A stretch of 64,000 bases of DNA from a virus: the IMG/VR virus record IMGVR_UViG_3300036715_003363; one strand, given 5' to 3'. The position numbers and the translations under genes are program-made. The notes under the pieces were generated by a model. That model was not told the DNA's origin. It saw only the letters and a program-made list of their open reading frames with translations, and searched no databases. Below are positions 1 through 7,954 of the stretch, piece by piece. Each line of letters starts with the position of its first letter. Positions within the stretch are counted from its first letter, which is position 1.

Positions 1-49
1 ATCTGACAGAGCTTTATCTTATCGATGTATGCAGAGATGAAGATTCTAA

Positions 50-78
50 TTGCCGTTCCATGGAAGCCTATCCATAAT
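50..78 (+). promoter_or_regulatory. Sigma70-like promoter, leaderless (ATG at 85)
   Basis: TTGCCG-N17-CATAAT-N6-ATG. Confidence 0.7.
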
Positions 79-84
79 AAAATC

Positions 85-306
85 ATGAAGATTAAAACAA
101 TCATCCATACTGATACTACTGCGGCGGTCATTGACGCTATCATTGCTGAGAGTATTGATGATCCTGCAGGTACCGTAGCCATTAATGCTTTAAACCGCTG
201 TACAGAGATCTTTCAAGGCACTGCGACGATCTCAGAGGTTAAGCAGTTCTTCCTTAATAGGTATACGTTCATGGCACTGCCCAATGCCGGTAAATTCTTA
301 TGCTAG
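85..306 (+). pseudogene. MKIKT family copy 1, frameshift-truncated
   Basis: Start moved to MKIKT (85); lacks the 8-bp GATTCTTA present in copies 2 and 4, stops at 304-306; out-of-frame homology continues to ~383. Confidence 0.75.
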
Positions 307-383
307 TAATCTAAAAGATGTTGAACTGCATATTGCATTCTAGGTCTCCTTATATTGTCTCTGGCATATATTTGAATTACTAA

Positions 384-412
384 TTGCCGTTCCATGGAAG
401 CCTATCCATAAT
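384..412 (+). promoter_or_regulatory. Sigma70-like promoter, leaderless (ATG at 419)
   Basis: TTGCCG-N17-CATAAT-N6-ATG, identical to 50-84. Confidence 0.7.
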
Positions 413-418
413 AAAATC

Positions 419-787
419 ATGAAGATTAAAACAGCCACTACAATCATCTATACTAATACTACTGAGATCTATAGGAACTTTACTGAGGTGATCATTGATG
501 ATATCATTACTGAGAGTATTGATGATCCTGCAGGTACCGTAGCCATTAATGCTTTAAACTGCTGTACAAGGATCTTTCAAGGCACTGCGACGATCTCAGA
601 GGTTTATCAGTTCTTTCACGATGGGTATACGCTCATGGCACTGCCTAATGCCGATAAATTCTTAGATTCTTATACCGGTTCTCTAGATGATGTTGAACTG
701 CATATTGCATTCCCAGAATCTCGCTCTAGAGATCCTTATATCGTCCCTGGCAGATATTTGAATGGTCGTACTATAACAATAGCATGA
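419..787 (+). CDS. MKIKT family copy 2, hypothetical protein
   Basis: Intact 122-aa ORF, paralog of copies 4 and 5. Confidence 0.85.
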   Translation: MKIKTATTIIYTNTTEIYRNFTEVIIDDIITESIDDPAGTVAINALNCCTRIFQGTATISEVYQFFHDGYTLMALPNADKFLDSYTGSLDDVELHIAFPESRSRDPYIVPGRYLNGRTITIA

Positions 788-1038
788 AGATTAAAACAGT
801 CATCTATACTAATACTACTGAGATCTATAGGAACTTTACTGCGGCGGTCATTGATGCTATCATTGCTGAGAGTATTGATGATCCTGCAGGGACAGAGTTC
901 ATCGATGCTTTAAACCGCTGTACAGAGATCTTACGAGGTGTTGCAACGGACTCAGAGGTTTATCAGTTCTTCCTTAATAGGTATACGCTCATGGCACTGC
1001 CCAATGCCGGTAAATTCTTATACCGGTTCTCTAGATGA
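784..1038 (+). pseudogene. MKIKT family copy 3, frameshift-truncated
   Basis: AAATTCTTA-TACCGG versus AAATTCTTAGATTCTTATACCGG in copy 2: 8-bp deletion between ATTCTTA direct repeats; homology continues out of frame to ~1117. Confidence 0.8.
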
Positions 1039-1117
1039 TATTGAACTGCATATTACATTCCCGGCAGCTCATAATAAAACTCCTTATATCGTCCCTGGCA
1101 GATATTTGAATTACTAA

Positions 1118-1146
1118 TTGCCGTTCCTTTTAATCCGCACCATAAT
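1118..1146 (+). promoter_or_regulatory. Sigma70-like promoter, leaderless (ATG at 1153)
   Basis: TTGCCG-N17-CATAAT-N6-ATG. Confidence 0.7.
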
Positions 1147-1152
1147 AATAGT

Positions 1153-1506
1153 ATGAAAATTAAAACAACTACAAAGGCCGTTACAAAGACTATCATTGAA
1201 GTTGCTTCTGAGGAGTTCTATATGAACTTTACTGAGGCGGTCGTTGCTGAGAGTATTGATGATCAAACAGGTGCAAAGTTCGTTGATGCTTTAATTACAT
1301 GCTCAAAGATCGTTCAAGGCGACGCGACGAGCTCAGAGGTTAAGCAGTTCTTCCTTAATAGGTATACGTTCATGGCACTGCCCAATGTTGGTGGTTTCTT
1401 AGATTCTTATACCGGTTCTCTAGATGATGTTGAACTGCATATTACATTCTCAGAAGCTCACAAGCGAGGTTCTTATATCATCCCTGGCAGATATTTGAAA
1501 TTCTAA
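1153..1506 (+). CDS. MKIKT family copy 4, hypothetical protein
   Basis: Intact 117-aa paralog. Confidence 0.85.
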   Translation: MKIKTTTKAVTKTIIEVASEEFYMNFTEAVVAESIDDQTGAKFVDALITCSKIVQGDATSSEVKQFFLNRYTFMALPNVGGFLDSYTGSLDDVELHITFSEAHKRGSYIIPGRYLKF

Positions 1507-1535
1507 TTGTCGTTCCTTTTAATCCGCACCATAAT
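1507..1535 (+). promoter_or_regulatory. Sigma70-like promoter, leaderless (ATG at 1542)
   Basis: TTGTCG-N17-CATAAT-N6-ATG. Confidence 0.7.
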
Positions 1536-1541
1536 AATAGT

Positions 1542-1907
1542 ATGAAAATTAAAACAGCCAAGACGACAATCACGAAGACGATCATTGAAGTTACTTCAGC
1601 TGAGTTCTTTATGGACTTTACTGAAGCTATCGTCTATCGTGCCGTTGCTGATAATATTGATGATCGAATGAGTTTCGTAGCCATTGATGCTTTAAACCGC
1701 GGCACAAGTATCTTTCAAGGAACTGCCACGCCGACGGAGGTGAATCGATTCTTCCGCGATGGGTATACACTCATGGCAATACCTGGTGCAACTGAGTTCT
1801 TTAATAACTATACTGGTAATCTAGAGAATGTTGAAATGCATATTACATTCCCGGCGTCTCACAAGCGAGAACCTTATATTGTCTCTGGCATATATTCAAA
1901 CTACTAA
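1542..1907 (+). CDS. MKIKT family copy 5, hypothetical protein
   Basis: Intact 121-aa, most divergent paralog. Confidence 0.85.
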   Translation: MKIKTAKTTITKTIIEVTSAEFFMDFTEAIVYRAVADNIDDRMSFVAIDALNRGTSIFQGTATPTEVNRFFRDGYTLMAIPGATEFFNNYTGNLENVEMHITFPASHKREPYIVSGIYSNY

Positions 1908-1964
1908 TCAACCTGATGCTGATATATTTACAGTTTAAGACTCACTGAAACCCACTCTTTTAAT

Positions 1965-2069
1965 ATGGAATACAACAAACACGAATCAGAATCAGATCAT
2001 TTTGTCCTTGGACTAATCATCGGCGCGAGCATTGCTAACGTTATTGCATATATCATTATAATACTATAA
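1965..2069 (+). CDS. Small single-pass membrane peptide (34 aa)
   Basis: Hand translation MEYNKHESESDHFVLGLIIGASIANVIAYIIIIL; below ORF-track cutoff. Confidence 0.5.
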   Translation: MEYNKHESESDHFVLGLIIGASIANVIAYIIIIL

Positions 2070-2077
2070 CCTATTTT

Positions 2078-2215
2078 ATGATTCTTTATATACTAACTAT
2101 TATCTGCGCTACTATCATAAGTTTCTTTCTGATAACCAGTGGCTCGGCTGTACTAACTTTTGCAATGCTAGCTTTCTGCATTGCTGTCATGATCTTTCTG
2201 ATAAATGATTTATAG
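2078..2215 (+). CDS. Small two-helix membrane peptide (45 aa)
   Basis: Hand translation MILYILTIICATIISFFLITSGSAVLTFAMLAFCIAVMIFLINDL; stop overlaps next ATG at 2205. Confidence 0.55.
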   Translation: MILYILTIICATIISFFLITSGSAVLTFAMLAFCIAVMIFLINDL

Positions 2216-2648
2216 CAATAAAAACGCGGTTGAATACTACGAGAAGTTCAACAAGCTTCCACACCCGAAGATCAAATGCTCGCTGTGTAGCGCAATGACA
2301 ACATGCTTTGGCGATAATCTCCGTAGTCGCATTAAGCTTGCCGGGGGATTGCTTGAGCTCTTAGATAGCTTCAAGTGCCGGCGTTGTCGCACCGGAGCGT
2401 CGCCGATGAAGCCCGTAAAGGCTGCCCGGGTGACGAAGGCTACCAATAAGATAAAGGACTGTGACATTCCTAAGATGAGGCCCTTTGTACCGCTCAATAT
2501 GTATTTGCGTGATTTACCTGATCTAGCTTCCTCGATATCTACCACATCATGCCTGGCACCGCAACTCTATCTGAATAACGGTAGGAATTGTCGAGGATGT
2601 ACGTTTCATTCAATGTGTAATAACCCTCTTCGTAAACAAGTAGCATAA
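2205..2648 (+). CDS. Cys-rich putative zinc-binding protein, paralog of 13662-14321 and 4462-4821
   Basis: CSLC, CRRC and C-terminal SC..P.L.LNNG.NC.GC....C motif. Confidence 0.75.
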   Translation: MIYSNKNAVEYYEKFNKLPHPKIKCSLCSAMTTCFGDNLRSRIKLAGGLLELLDSFKCRRCRTGASPMKPVKAARVTKATNKIKDCDIPKMRPFVPLNMYLRDLPDLASSISTTSCLAPQLYLNNGRNCRGCTFHSMCNNPLRKQVA

Positions 2649-2753
2649 CCGCAGAAAACCCCGGGACCCCTAAAGCTCCCAAGCGCATACATACAATGAA
2701 TCGCAATATACAACCCAGTAAATCAGATAGTCCGAGCTATGGAAACTTTCTTA

Positions 2754-2782
2754 TTGATTGTGCCTTGAGAATCTCTTATACT
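2754..2782 (+). promoter_or_regulatory. Sigma70-like promoter ahead of a 13-codon mini-ORF (MKIKNKTVQHNAI, 2789-2830)
   Basis: TTGATT-N17-TATACT-N6-ATG. Confidence 0.55.
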
Positions 2783-2859
2783 GATCGTATGAAAATTAAG
2801 AACAAAACAGTACAGCACAACGCAATCTAACCCAGGTATTCCTACAACACTGATATATT

Positions 2860-3105
2860 ATGTATAAAAATATGATTAACTTCTACGACCAAATCCTATC
2901 GCTGCCAATTGATACGCGCACGGAGTGCTTTAAAATTGCTGAGCGTGCCATGTCTGATATGTACCCAGTGTACAGTACTGATGATGTCTGGCAGTATATT
3001 TTCTACCGATGCTACAATCTTCATCCAGATGACTTCCTTAGCTGGGCAGGACTTCTTCAAGACCACAATCTCTTTGATCAGAGTCTTCTAAAAATACAAG
3101 ATTGA
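2860..3105 (+). CDS. Hypothetical protein
   Basis: 81-aa ORF in gene-dense plus-strand run. Confidence 0.6.
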   Translation: MYKNMINFYDQILSLPIDTRTECFKIAERAMSDMYPVYSTDDVWQYIFYRCYNLHPDDFLSWAGLLQDHNLFDQSLLKIQD

Positions 3106-3139
3106 CTTTCCTCAAGAATCAAGATACCATCTATAGATA

Positions 3140-3301
3140 ATGAAATACCTTTTAAGACTATTAGGATACGAAATCGTAGAGCATAAGCCCATCTCTATTC
3201 TAGCTCATATGCACAGAACTACTCATCAGAGCTGGTTGAAGTCCTTGCAGAACTCAAATCGAATAAGAGACTATCAGGTTAACCTTTATATCAATGAATA
3301 A
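3140..3301 (+). CDS. Hypothetical 53-aa protein
   Basis: Hand translation MKYLLRLLGYEIVEHK...NLYINE; preceded by TTGACT-N17-TACCAT (3102-3130). Confidence 0.45.
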   Translation: MKYLLRLLGYEIVEHKPISILAHMHRTTHQSWLKSLQNSNRIRDYQVNLYINE

Positions 3302-3436
3302 ACGAATAGTTATTATTTGTCTAGTATGCTGTATAATCGCAAGTATACCTCATATTATTAACCATTGTCGTAATTCTTTTACTGATCGATATTCTTTATA
3401 TGTCAGCTTAGATTAGCACTCTCCCAACCTCAAATA

Positions 3437-4162
3437 ATGAAAACACAACATAGAAAACAAACCGAGGGCTTTTCCCTCATTGAGGTCGTTATTGGCCTCG
3501 TCGTCGCTGCCGTCTGCGTATTCTTTCTCCAGCGATTGCTTCCCAGCAGCCTGAGAGTTTCCGCGAATGCCACTGATCAGACAGCTGCCAGTAGTATGAT
3601 GACGGCAATTGCACAGGATCTCCGCAATACGCCTGCTGGCTCCTCCATCTCGCCGGGATTTGGAATCACGCTCCCAGTGAATACTACAAACTCCTCAGCA
3701 CTCATCTCCACCAACCTCTACCTTTCGACAGATGGTCTAGGTGTTTTGTCACCTTCGCAGGCACGATATGCGGCAACGATATGGATGAGCAATGCCGCCT
3801 CAGCAACGGTCACCTCGCTCACCACAGCACGGATTAGGGTTACTTGGCCTGCAAGTGCATATGCGAGCAACGCTCTAGGTTCCGTGGAGACCATCACCTC
3901 GTTTAATCGACAGTTGCAGCTTAACGGAGCGTATGTATCAAGTAAAGGAGCCGGGGCTTCTCCTATGAGGACGGGCAGTGACATTGATGGTCATGACAAT
4001 GGGAAGGGTAATAACTATCAAAATGAAGGAGTAGGTAATGGTGGAAGTACTGCTGGGTGCAATATGTGCAGTGGCTGCGGCGGTGGGTGTGGCGGCAATT
4101 GCAGTAGCCATTGTCCTCAAGGTATGGTAACAAGAGATCATGGCAATGGACAGGACAGATAA
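3437..4162 (+). CDS. Type IV pilin/pseudopilin-like protein (Verru_Chthon cassette B-like) with Gly/Cys-rich tail
   Basis: Class III signal G|FSLIEVV plus hydrophobic helix; LLP.SL....A..QTAA...IA.DLR.TP and RVTWPA motifs resemble verrucomicrobial cassette protein B. Confidence 0.8.
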   Translation: MKTQHRKQTEGFSLIEVVIGLVVAAVCVFFLQRLLPSSLRVSANATDQTAASSMMTAIAQDLRNTPAGSSISPGFGITLPVNTTNSSALISTNLYLSTDGLGVLSPSQARYAATIWMSNAASATVTSLTTARIRVTWPASAYASNALGSVETITSFNRQLQLNGAYVSSKGAGASPMRTGSDIDGHDNGKGNNYQNEGVGNGGSTAGCNMCSGCGGGCGGNCSSHCPQGMVTRDHGNGQDR

Positions 4163-4367
4163 AAGAGATAGCAGATCAAGGAGTATAAGCAGAGTTACTC
4201 TGATCGAACTGCTCGTAGTGGCTCTCTTGGTGATTTTGCTGAGCCAGATTATCAATCAGGCTTCTCAGACTAGTTCGCTCACTCCAGAACAGCAGGAGCA
4301 GGAGCTTCTTAATACTATCTATTATGATATGGTAACAAACGCTTGCAGCTCTTATAGACATCAATGA
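4140..4367 (+). CDS. Truncated pseudopilin-like protein
   Basis: R-VTLIELLVV..LL.ILL.QII.QAS resembles a prepilin N-terminal helix but lacks the G|F cleavage site; no globular domain. Confidence 0.55.
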   Translation: MAMDRTDKRDSRSRSISRVTLIELLVVALLVILLSQIINQASQTSSLTPEQQEQELLNTIYYDMVTNACSSYRHQ

Positions 4368-4375
4368 GAATGTTC

Positions 4376-4404
4376 TTGCGTTCCTTTCATTGAGGAGCCA
4401 TAAT
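4376..4404 (+). promoter_or_regulatory. Sigma70-like promoter followed by 5' hairpin and A-rich leader
   Basis: TTGCGT-N17-CATAAT; GAACAATC-GAAG-GATTGTTC hairpin from 4409; A/C-rich run to ATG 4462. Confidence 0.6.
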
Positions 4405-4461
4405 TTATGAACAATCGAAGGATTGTTCTAAACAAAATAAACAAAAACAAAACAAAATACA

Positions 4462-4821
4462 ATGAAATCAGTAATCCCACAAGAAGTCACTCAATATCAG
4501 GCTGCCTACTTTGAGACCTTTGGTACTCTCCCTACTCCAGTCATTGAGTGTAATATCACTGGCCAGGCAGTTACTTGCTTTGGCACGAACCTCGCCAAAA
4601 AGGTCGAAATGGCTGGCTCCATTGAGAAGCTCTTGGAGACGTTCGTCGGCCGCGGCAACGCTCCGATGCTTGCAAAGCCAGCGAAGCCAGCGAAGACTCC
4701 AGCGAAGCCAGTGAAGGCTCCATCAAAGGCTCCATCAAAGCCAGCGAAGAAGACTCCAAAGGGTAAAGTAGTGGCGACTCTCTCAGAGGCTAAGGTCGGA
4801 GATCTGGTCACACTTGAGTAG
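4462..4821 (+). CDS. Putative DNA-binding protein with Pro/Ala/Lys-rich histone H1-like tail
   Basis: N-domain similar to 2205-2648 (TCFG.NL..K...AG....LL..F); tail AKPAKPAKTPAKPVKAPSKAPSKPAKK from CCAGCGAAG and GGCTCCATCAAA repeats. Confidence 0.75.
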   Translation: MKSVIPQEVTQYQAAYFETFGTLPTPVIECNITGQAVTCFGTNLAKKVEMAGSIEKLLETFVGRGNAPMLAKPAKPAKTPAKPVKAPSKAPSKPAKKTPKGKVVATLSEAKVGDLVTLE

Positions 4822-4826
4822 GTTCT

Positions 4827-4910
4827 CCAATCGGGCTCTAATCCTGCCGCTCATCCAAGAAGACAATGAAGTTTGAGCAACTAGAGGAAAGCAGGATTAG
4901 AGCTGATTGG
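4827..4910 (+). other. Long imperfect stem-loop, candidate structured RNA or terminator
   Basis: GCTCTAATCCTGC (4835-4847) pairs perfectly with GCAGGATTAGAGC (4891-4903); extended by CCAATCG/TGATTGG; inner GCTCA/TGAGC stem. Confidence 0.6.
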
Positions 4911-5028
4911 TTCTGTGTTCATGACGATGCGATGATGTGCAGTTGTCCTTGAGAGACGCGGTTGTCCCGGGTGATTCGCAGAGTATTGAGTGGATAATGC
5001 GAAAGTTAGAGTAAGAAGCGGATTTTAG

Positions 5029-5056
5029 TTGACTTCCAGGCCCGGCACTCTATTAT
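5029..5056 (+). promoter_or_regulatory. Sigma70-like promoter, leaderless (ATG at 5063)
   Basis: TTGACT-N16-TATTAT-N6-ATG. Confidence 0.6.
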
Positions 5057-5062
5057 TAATAT

Positions 5063-5440
5063 ATGAGCCTTTACATATACCTTATGGGAGAATCTGTAAC
5101 AACAGATTGCGAATGTATTGATTGCGGGCATAAGCATTCAAGAACATCCAGAGAGAAGTTGTTCCGAGCAAACATTACTCATAACTTATCATTAATGGCC
5201 TCAGAGGCTGGATTATATCTTCCTCTTTGGCATCCAGAGAATCTCATGAGCCAGAAGGCAAAGGATTTAATCCCAGAGGTTGAGAAAGGACTTCAAAGTT
5301 TACTACTCTCTCCGGAGTTCTATAAAACATTTAACGATGAAAACGGCTGGGGAGTGTACGAACACTTTGTTTCTTTTGTTGAGAGATGCCTAGAGGCTTT
5401 TAAAGAATTCCCAGAGGCAACTGTGGAGACATCAACTTAA
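5063..5440 (+). CDS. Conserved phage hypothetical protein
   Basis: ANITHNL..MA.EAG.Y..LW.PE and NGWG.YE.FV.FV motifs recalled from a widespread phage family. Confidence 0.75.
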   Translation: MSLYIYLMGESVTTDCECIDCGHKHSRTSREKLFRANITHNLSLMASEAGLYLPLWHPENLMSQKAKDLIPEVEKGLQSLLLSPEFYKTFNDENGWGVYEHFVSFVERCLEAFKEFPEATVETST

Positions 5441-5444
5441 TAAT

Positions 5445-5759
5445 ATGAGTGTATATCATACTCTAACACCCAAGGAGGTCCAACTACTCTCTTCTTTTTC
5501 ATATAAGAAGAGTGATTCACTTACACATTTCGAAGATGTTAAGCGGAACGAAGTGTTGGACGAAGAGTTGAGTGAGCGGTGTATGATCTGCAACAAGGAG
5601 AAAGGGCAGCATCGCGCCGGTGTCCCTCATTCTTGTCCTCTACCAAGTTTTAACAGTGTTTGGAGTGGCTGGTCATCAGAAAATGAATTTGTATCTTTGC
5701 TGAGTACTCTAAAGAAAGAGACTGCGGAAACGTTTAAAGATATTGTCAATGACTTATAA
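5445..5759 (+). CDS. Hypothetical protein with CxxC and C-terminal TFxDIxxL tag
   Basis: CMIC..H..C; ends TAETFKDIVNDL. Confidence 0.75.
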   Translation: MSVYHTLTPKEVQLLSSFSYKKSDSLTHFEDVKRNEVLDEELSERCMICNKEKGQHRAGVPHSCPLPSFNSVWSGWSSENEFVSLLSTLKKETAETFKDIVNDL

Positions 5760-5794
5760 ATTGAAAATACTATTGAACTATGATAATTAATGAT

Positions 5795-6016
5795 ATGGCT
5801 AAACCAACAGAAACAGAACTACTCATTGCTGAGATTGAAAGATTAACTAAAAACAGATCAGAACTGATCGCTGCATATGAAGATCTTGTAAGTCTTCTCG
5901 GCGCTGAGATTCAAGAAACTGCTCCTCTTGCTTTTCAGGCAATGAACGGCAAATGGAAGTCTCGCAGAGTACATGCCGGTTTTGCGGCGCGCGAGAGAGT
6001 TGATAGACTCAAGTAA
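5795..6016 (+). CDS. Hypothetical coiled-coil protein
   Basis: Probable start MAKP; TAATG coupling to next gene. Confidence 0.65.
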   Translation: MAKPTETELLIAEIERLTKNRSELIAAYEDLVSLLGAEIQETAPLAFQAMNGKWKSRRVHAGFAARERVDRLK

Positions 6017-6249
6017 TGACTGATTCTAAACAAATTTGTATGGGGTGCGGACATGAAAGAGATATGCACTACGTAGTGCACTGCACTGTGCACAGTAATA
6101 TGAACGGCACAGATTATACAATTGTATGTCCAAGTGAGAGGGGAGCACTCAAAGCGTTATTTGATACAAGGAACGGCACATTCACACCACGACCAGTTCT
6201 TTCAGACGAGGCAGAGGAAACATTTGGAGATATAATCGATGAGCTCTAA
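6016..6249 (+). CDS. Hypothetical protein with CxxC and C-terminal tag
   Basis: CMGC.H...H; ends LSDEAEETFGDIIDEL. Confidence 0.75.
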   Translation: MTDSKQICMGCGHERDMHYVVHCTVHSNMNGTDYTIVCPSERGALKALFDTRNGTFTPRPVLSDEAEETFGDIIDEL

Positions 6250-6559
6250 CGAATATATTAACGATGAGGAATATAATAAGAGGCTCGATCACTGGAGAGA
6301 CTCTTTAATGGTAGGTGATCGAGTAATTTTTCAGACCAGATACGGACTCAAAGAGGGTACTATACATGACAGTCGAGCTACTCGCTATAAAAATATTAAA
6401 GCTGACCAAAGATATTCTTGGATTAGTATTGATGAGAGTAATTGTGGTTCACCGCCGTTTGTGGCATTTAATTGCTATCCAACAAAGCATGATGAGGTAA
6501 CTCTTAGACTCTCTGCAGGCGCACTAAAAACATTTGGAGATATAATCAATGAACTTTAA
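6239..6559 (+). CDS. Hypothetical protein (possible SH3/KOW-like fold) with C-terminal tag
   Basis: L.VGDRV.F...G...G.I; ends LSAGALKTFGDIINEL. Confidence 0.7.
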   Translation: MSSNEYINDEEYNKRLDHWRDSLMVGDRVIFQTRYGLKEGTIHDSRATRYKNIKADQRYSWISIDESNCGSPPFVAFNCYPTKHDEVTLRLSAGALKTFGDIINEL

Positions 6560-6758
6560 AGTTTTTTTTACTGCACTCATAAAGGACAAGCCGCCCGAAA
6601 AGAATTCGAAGGCTGATGCAGGCTATGTTCCTGTATGTTTAAATGAACAATACTGCAAGGACTGTACAATGTGGAGAGAGCCGAATCAATGCACTGCAGT
6701 TCGCGGATTAATTGAAAGAGAGGCATCTTGCAATTGGTGGAGAAAAGGAGATATATAA
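6549..6758 (+). CDS. HiPIP-like (high-potential iron-sulfur) protein
   Basis: SK.DAGY...QYCKDCTMW..PNQCTAVRG.I...ASCNWW matches HiPIP Y..CxxC..F/W..C..V.G.I...C..W. Confidence 0.65.
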   Translation: MNFKVFFTALIKDKPPEKNSKADAGYVPVCLNEQYCKDCTMWREPNQCTAVRGLIEREASCNWWRKGDI

Positions 6759-6798
6759 TTTTATTGCCGTTCCGTAATAAATATAATATAACCATTAT

Positions 6799-7134
6799 AT
6801 GAAATCAAAAGATCAAACTCTACTCGAAGAAGCATACAAGCGCATTTATGAATCCGCCGGCGAAGTTACATCTGGAGATGGAGGAGAGTATGAAGATTCT
6901 CCTGATATGAGCGCAAAGCGTGATGAACATCTTGAAAAAGCTGAAAACTACATTCACGTTCTTAGAAGCCGCGGATGGAAACAAGCATCAGCTCCCGCAG
7001 AAGGAAAATCAGGTCTTTATAAGTATACAAAAGGTAAGAACGTTGTTTCAATTGAAAAGACTCTTGACGGTAGAGTCTCCGTTGTTATCAATGGAGAGCC
7101 ATTTACCGGTAAAATTAATAAATTAAAAGCCTAA
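6799..7134 (+). CDS. Hypothetical late protein with LLEEAY leader
   Basis: MKSKDQTLLEEAYKRIYE; TAAATA at 6778-6783. Confidence 0.75.
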   Translation: MKSKDQTLLEEAYKRIYESAGEVTSGDGGEYEDSPDMSAKRDEHLEKAENYIHVLRSRGWKQASAPAEGKSGLYKYTKGKNVVSIEKTLDGRVSVVINGEPFTGKINKLKA

Positions 7135-7219
7135 CAATCGTTACGCTTAAACCGGCAGTATTAACATCTATTATGATAATAGATGAATTATAAGAGCACT
7201 TCATTAAATAATATATTCA

Positions 7220-7954
7220 ATGCATCTTCTCCAGGAAATTAATAACATCTACGATATCTACAGATCAATGATATTATTTGAGACAGAGTCGGGTAATAAT
7301 ATCAATGGAATTGATCCAAAGACTTGGGCGAAACTTGAGCTCACCATTCGTCGCTGTAAGTACGCGCTCATGAGGAAGAGTGTCTTTATTGGTAATGTTC
7401 TTGCACGACTTAAGATTTGTTTTACGAATGATATTGATACAATGGCTGTTGATGATTACGGAAACATTTATATTAGCCCGAAGTTTGCTCTTTCAATCTC
7501 TGAGGACGAAGTTACTGCAGTCTTAGCTCATGAAGCGTTCCACATTATTAATATGACTTTCTTTAGAAAGCGTGGAAGAGATCATGAGCTTTGGAACATC
7601 GCAACAGATTATTTGATGAACATGTATCTCCTTCAGGATGGATTTAAACTTCCTGAATGTGGTTGTAACCCAGTTAAAAAAGGTGATCGCTGGGTAATTC
7701 CAGTACTCAGAGGAACGAAAGAGATTAAGGATACGGATATCACAGAACTTTCTGCTGATGATTTATATAATATCTTATATAGTATTGCTGTACCTCGGAA
7801 TAAAGGAGGAGGCGACAGTTCAATTAATGTTGGGGATGTTGTTTACGATGAAACCACTAAAAAATATGGTGTTGTAACGAGCATCAATCCAAAGACTAAC
7901 AAAGTTCAATCACGTGAAATACCTGAATCAGAAGTGGAGAGACATTTAAAATAA
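7220..7954 (+). CDS. Putative metallopeptidase (N-terminal half of DUF2201-like VWA partner)
   Basis: TMAVD.YG.IY, VLAHEAFH (HExxH), WNIATDY.MN. Confidence 0.85.
   Translation: MHLLQEINNIYDIYRSMILFETESGNNINGIDPKTWAKLELTIRRCKYALMRKSVFIGNVLARLKICFTNDIDTMAVDDYGNIYISPKFALSISEDEVTAVLAHEAFHIINMTFFRKRGRDHELWNIATDYLMNMYLLQDGFKLPECGCNPVKKGDRWVIPVLRGTKEIKDTDITELSADDLYNILYSIAVPRNKGGGDSSINVGDVVYDETTKKYGVVTSINPKTNKVQSREIPESEVERHLK

Larger units (their letters stand above)
48..1907 (+). repeat. Tandem array of five paralogous ~120-aa genes (MKIKT family), two disrupted
   Basis: Five ORFs share ESIDD..G..A.NAL..C..I.QG.AT.SEV.QFF...YT.MALPN...F...YTG.L.DVELHI.F blocks; long identical DNA stretches; shared upstream promoter unit. 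Confidence 0.95.
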
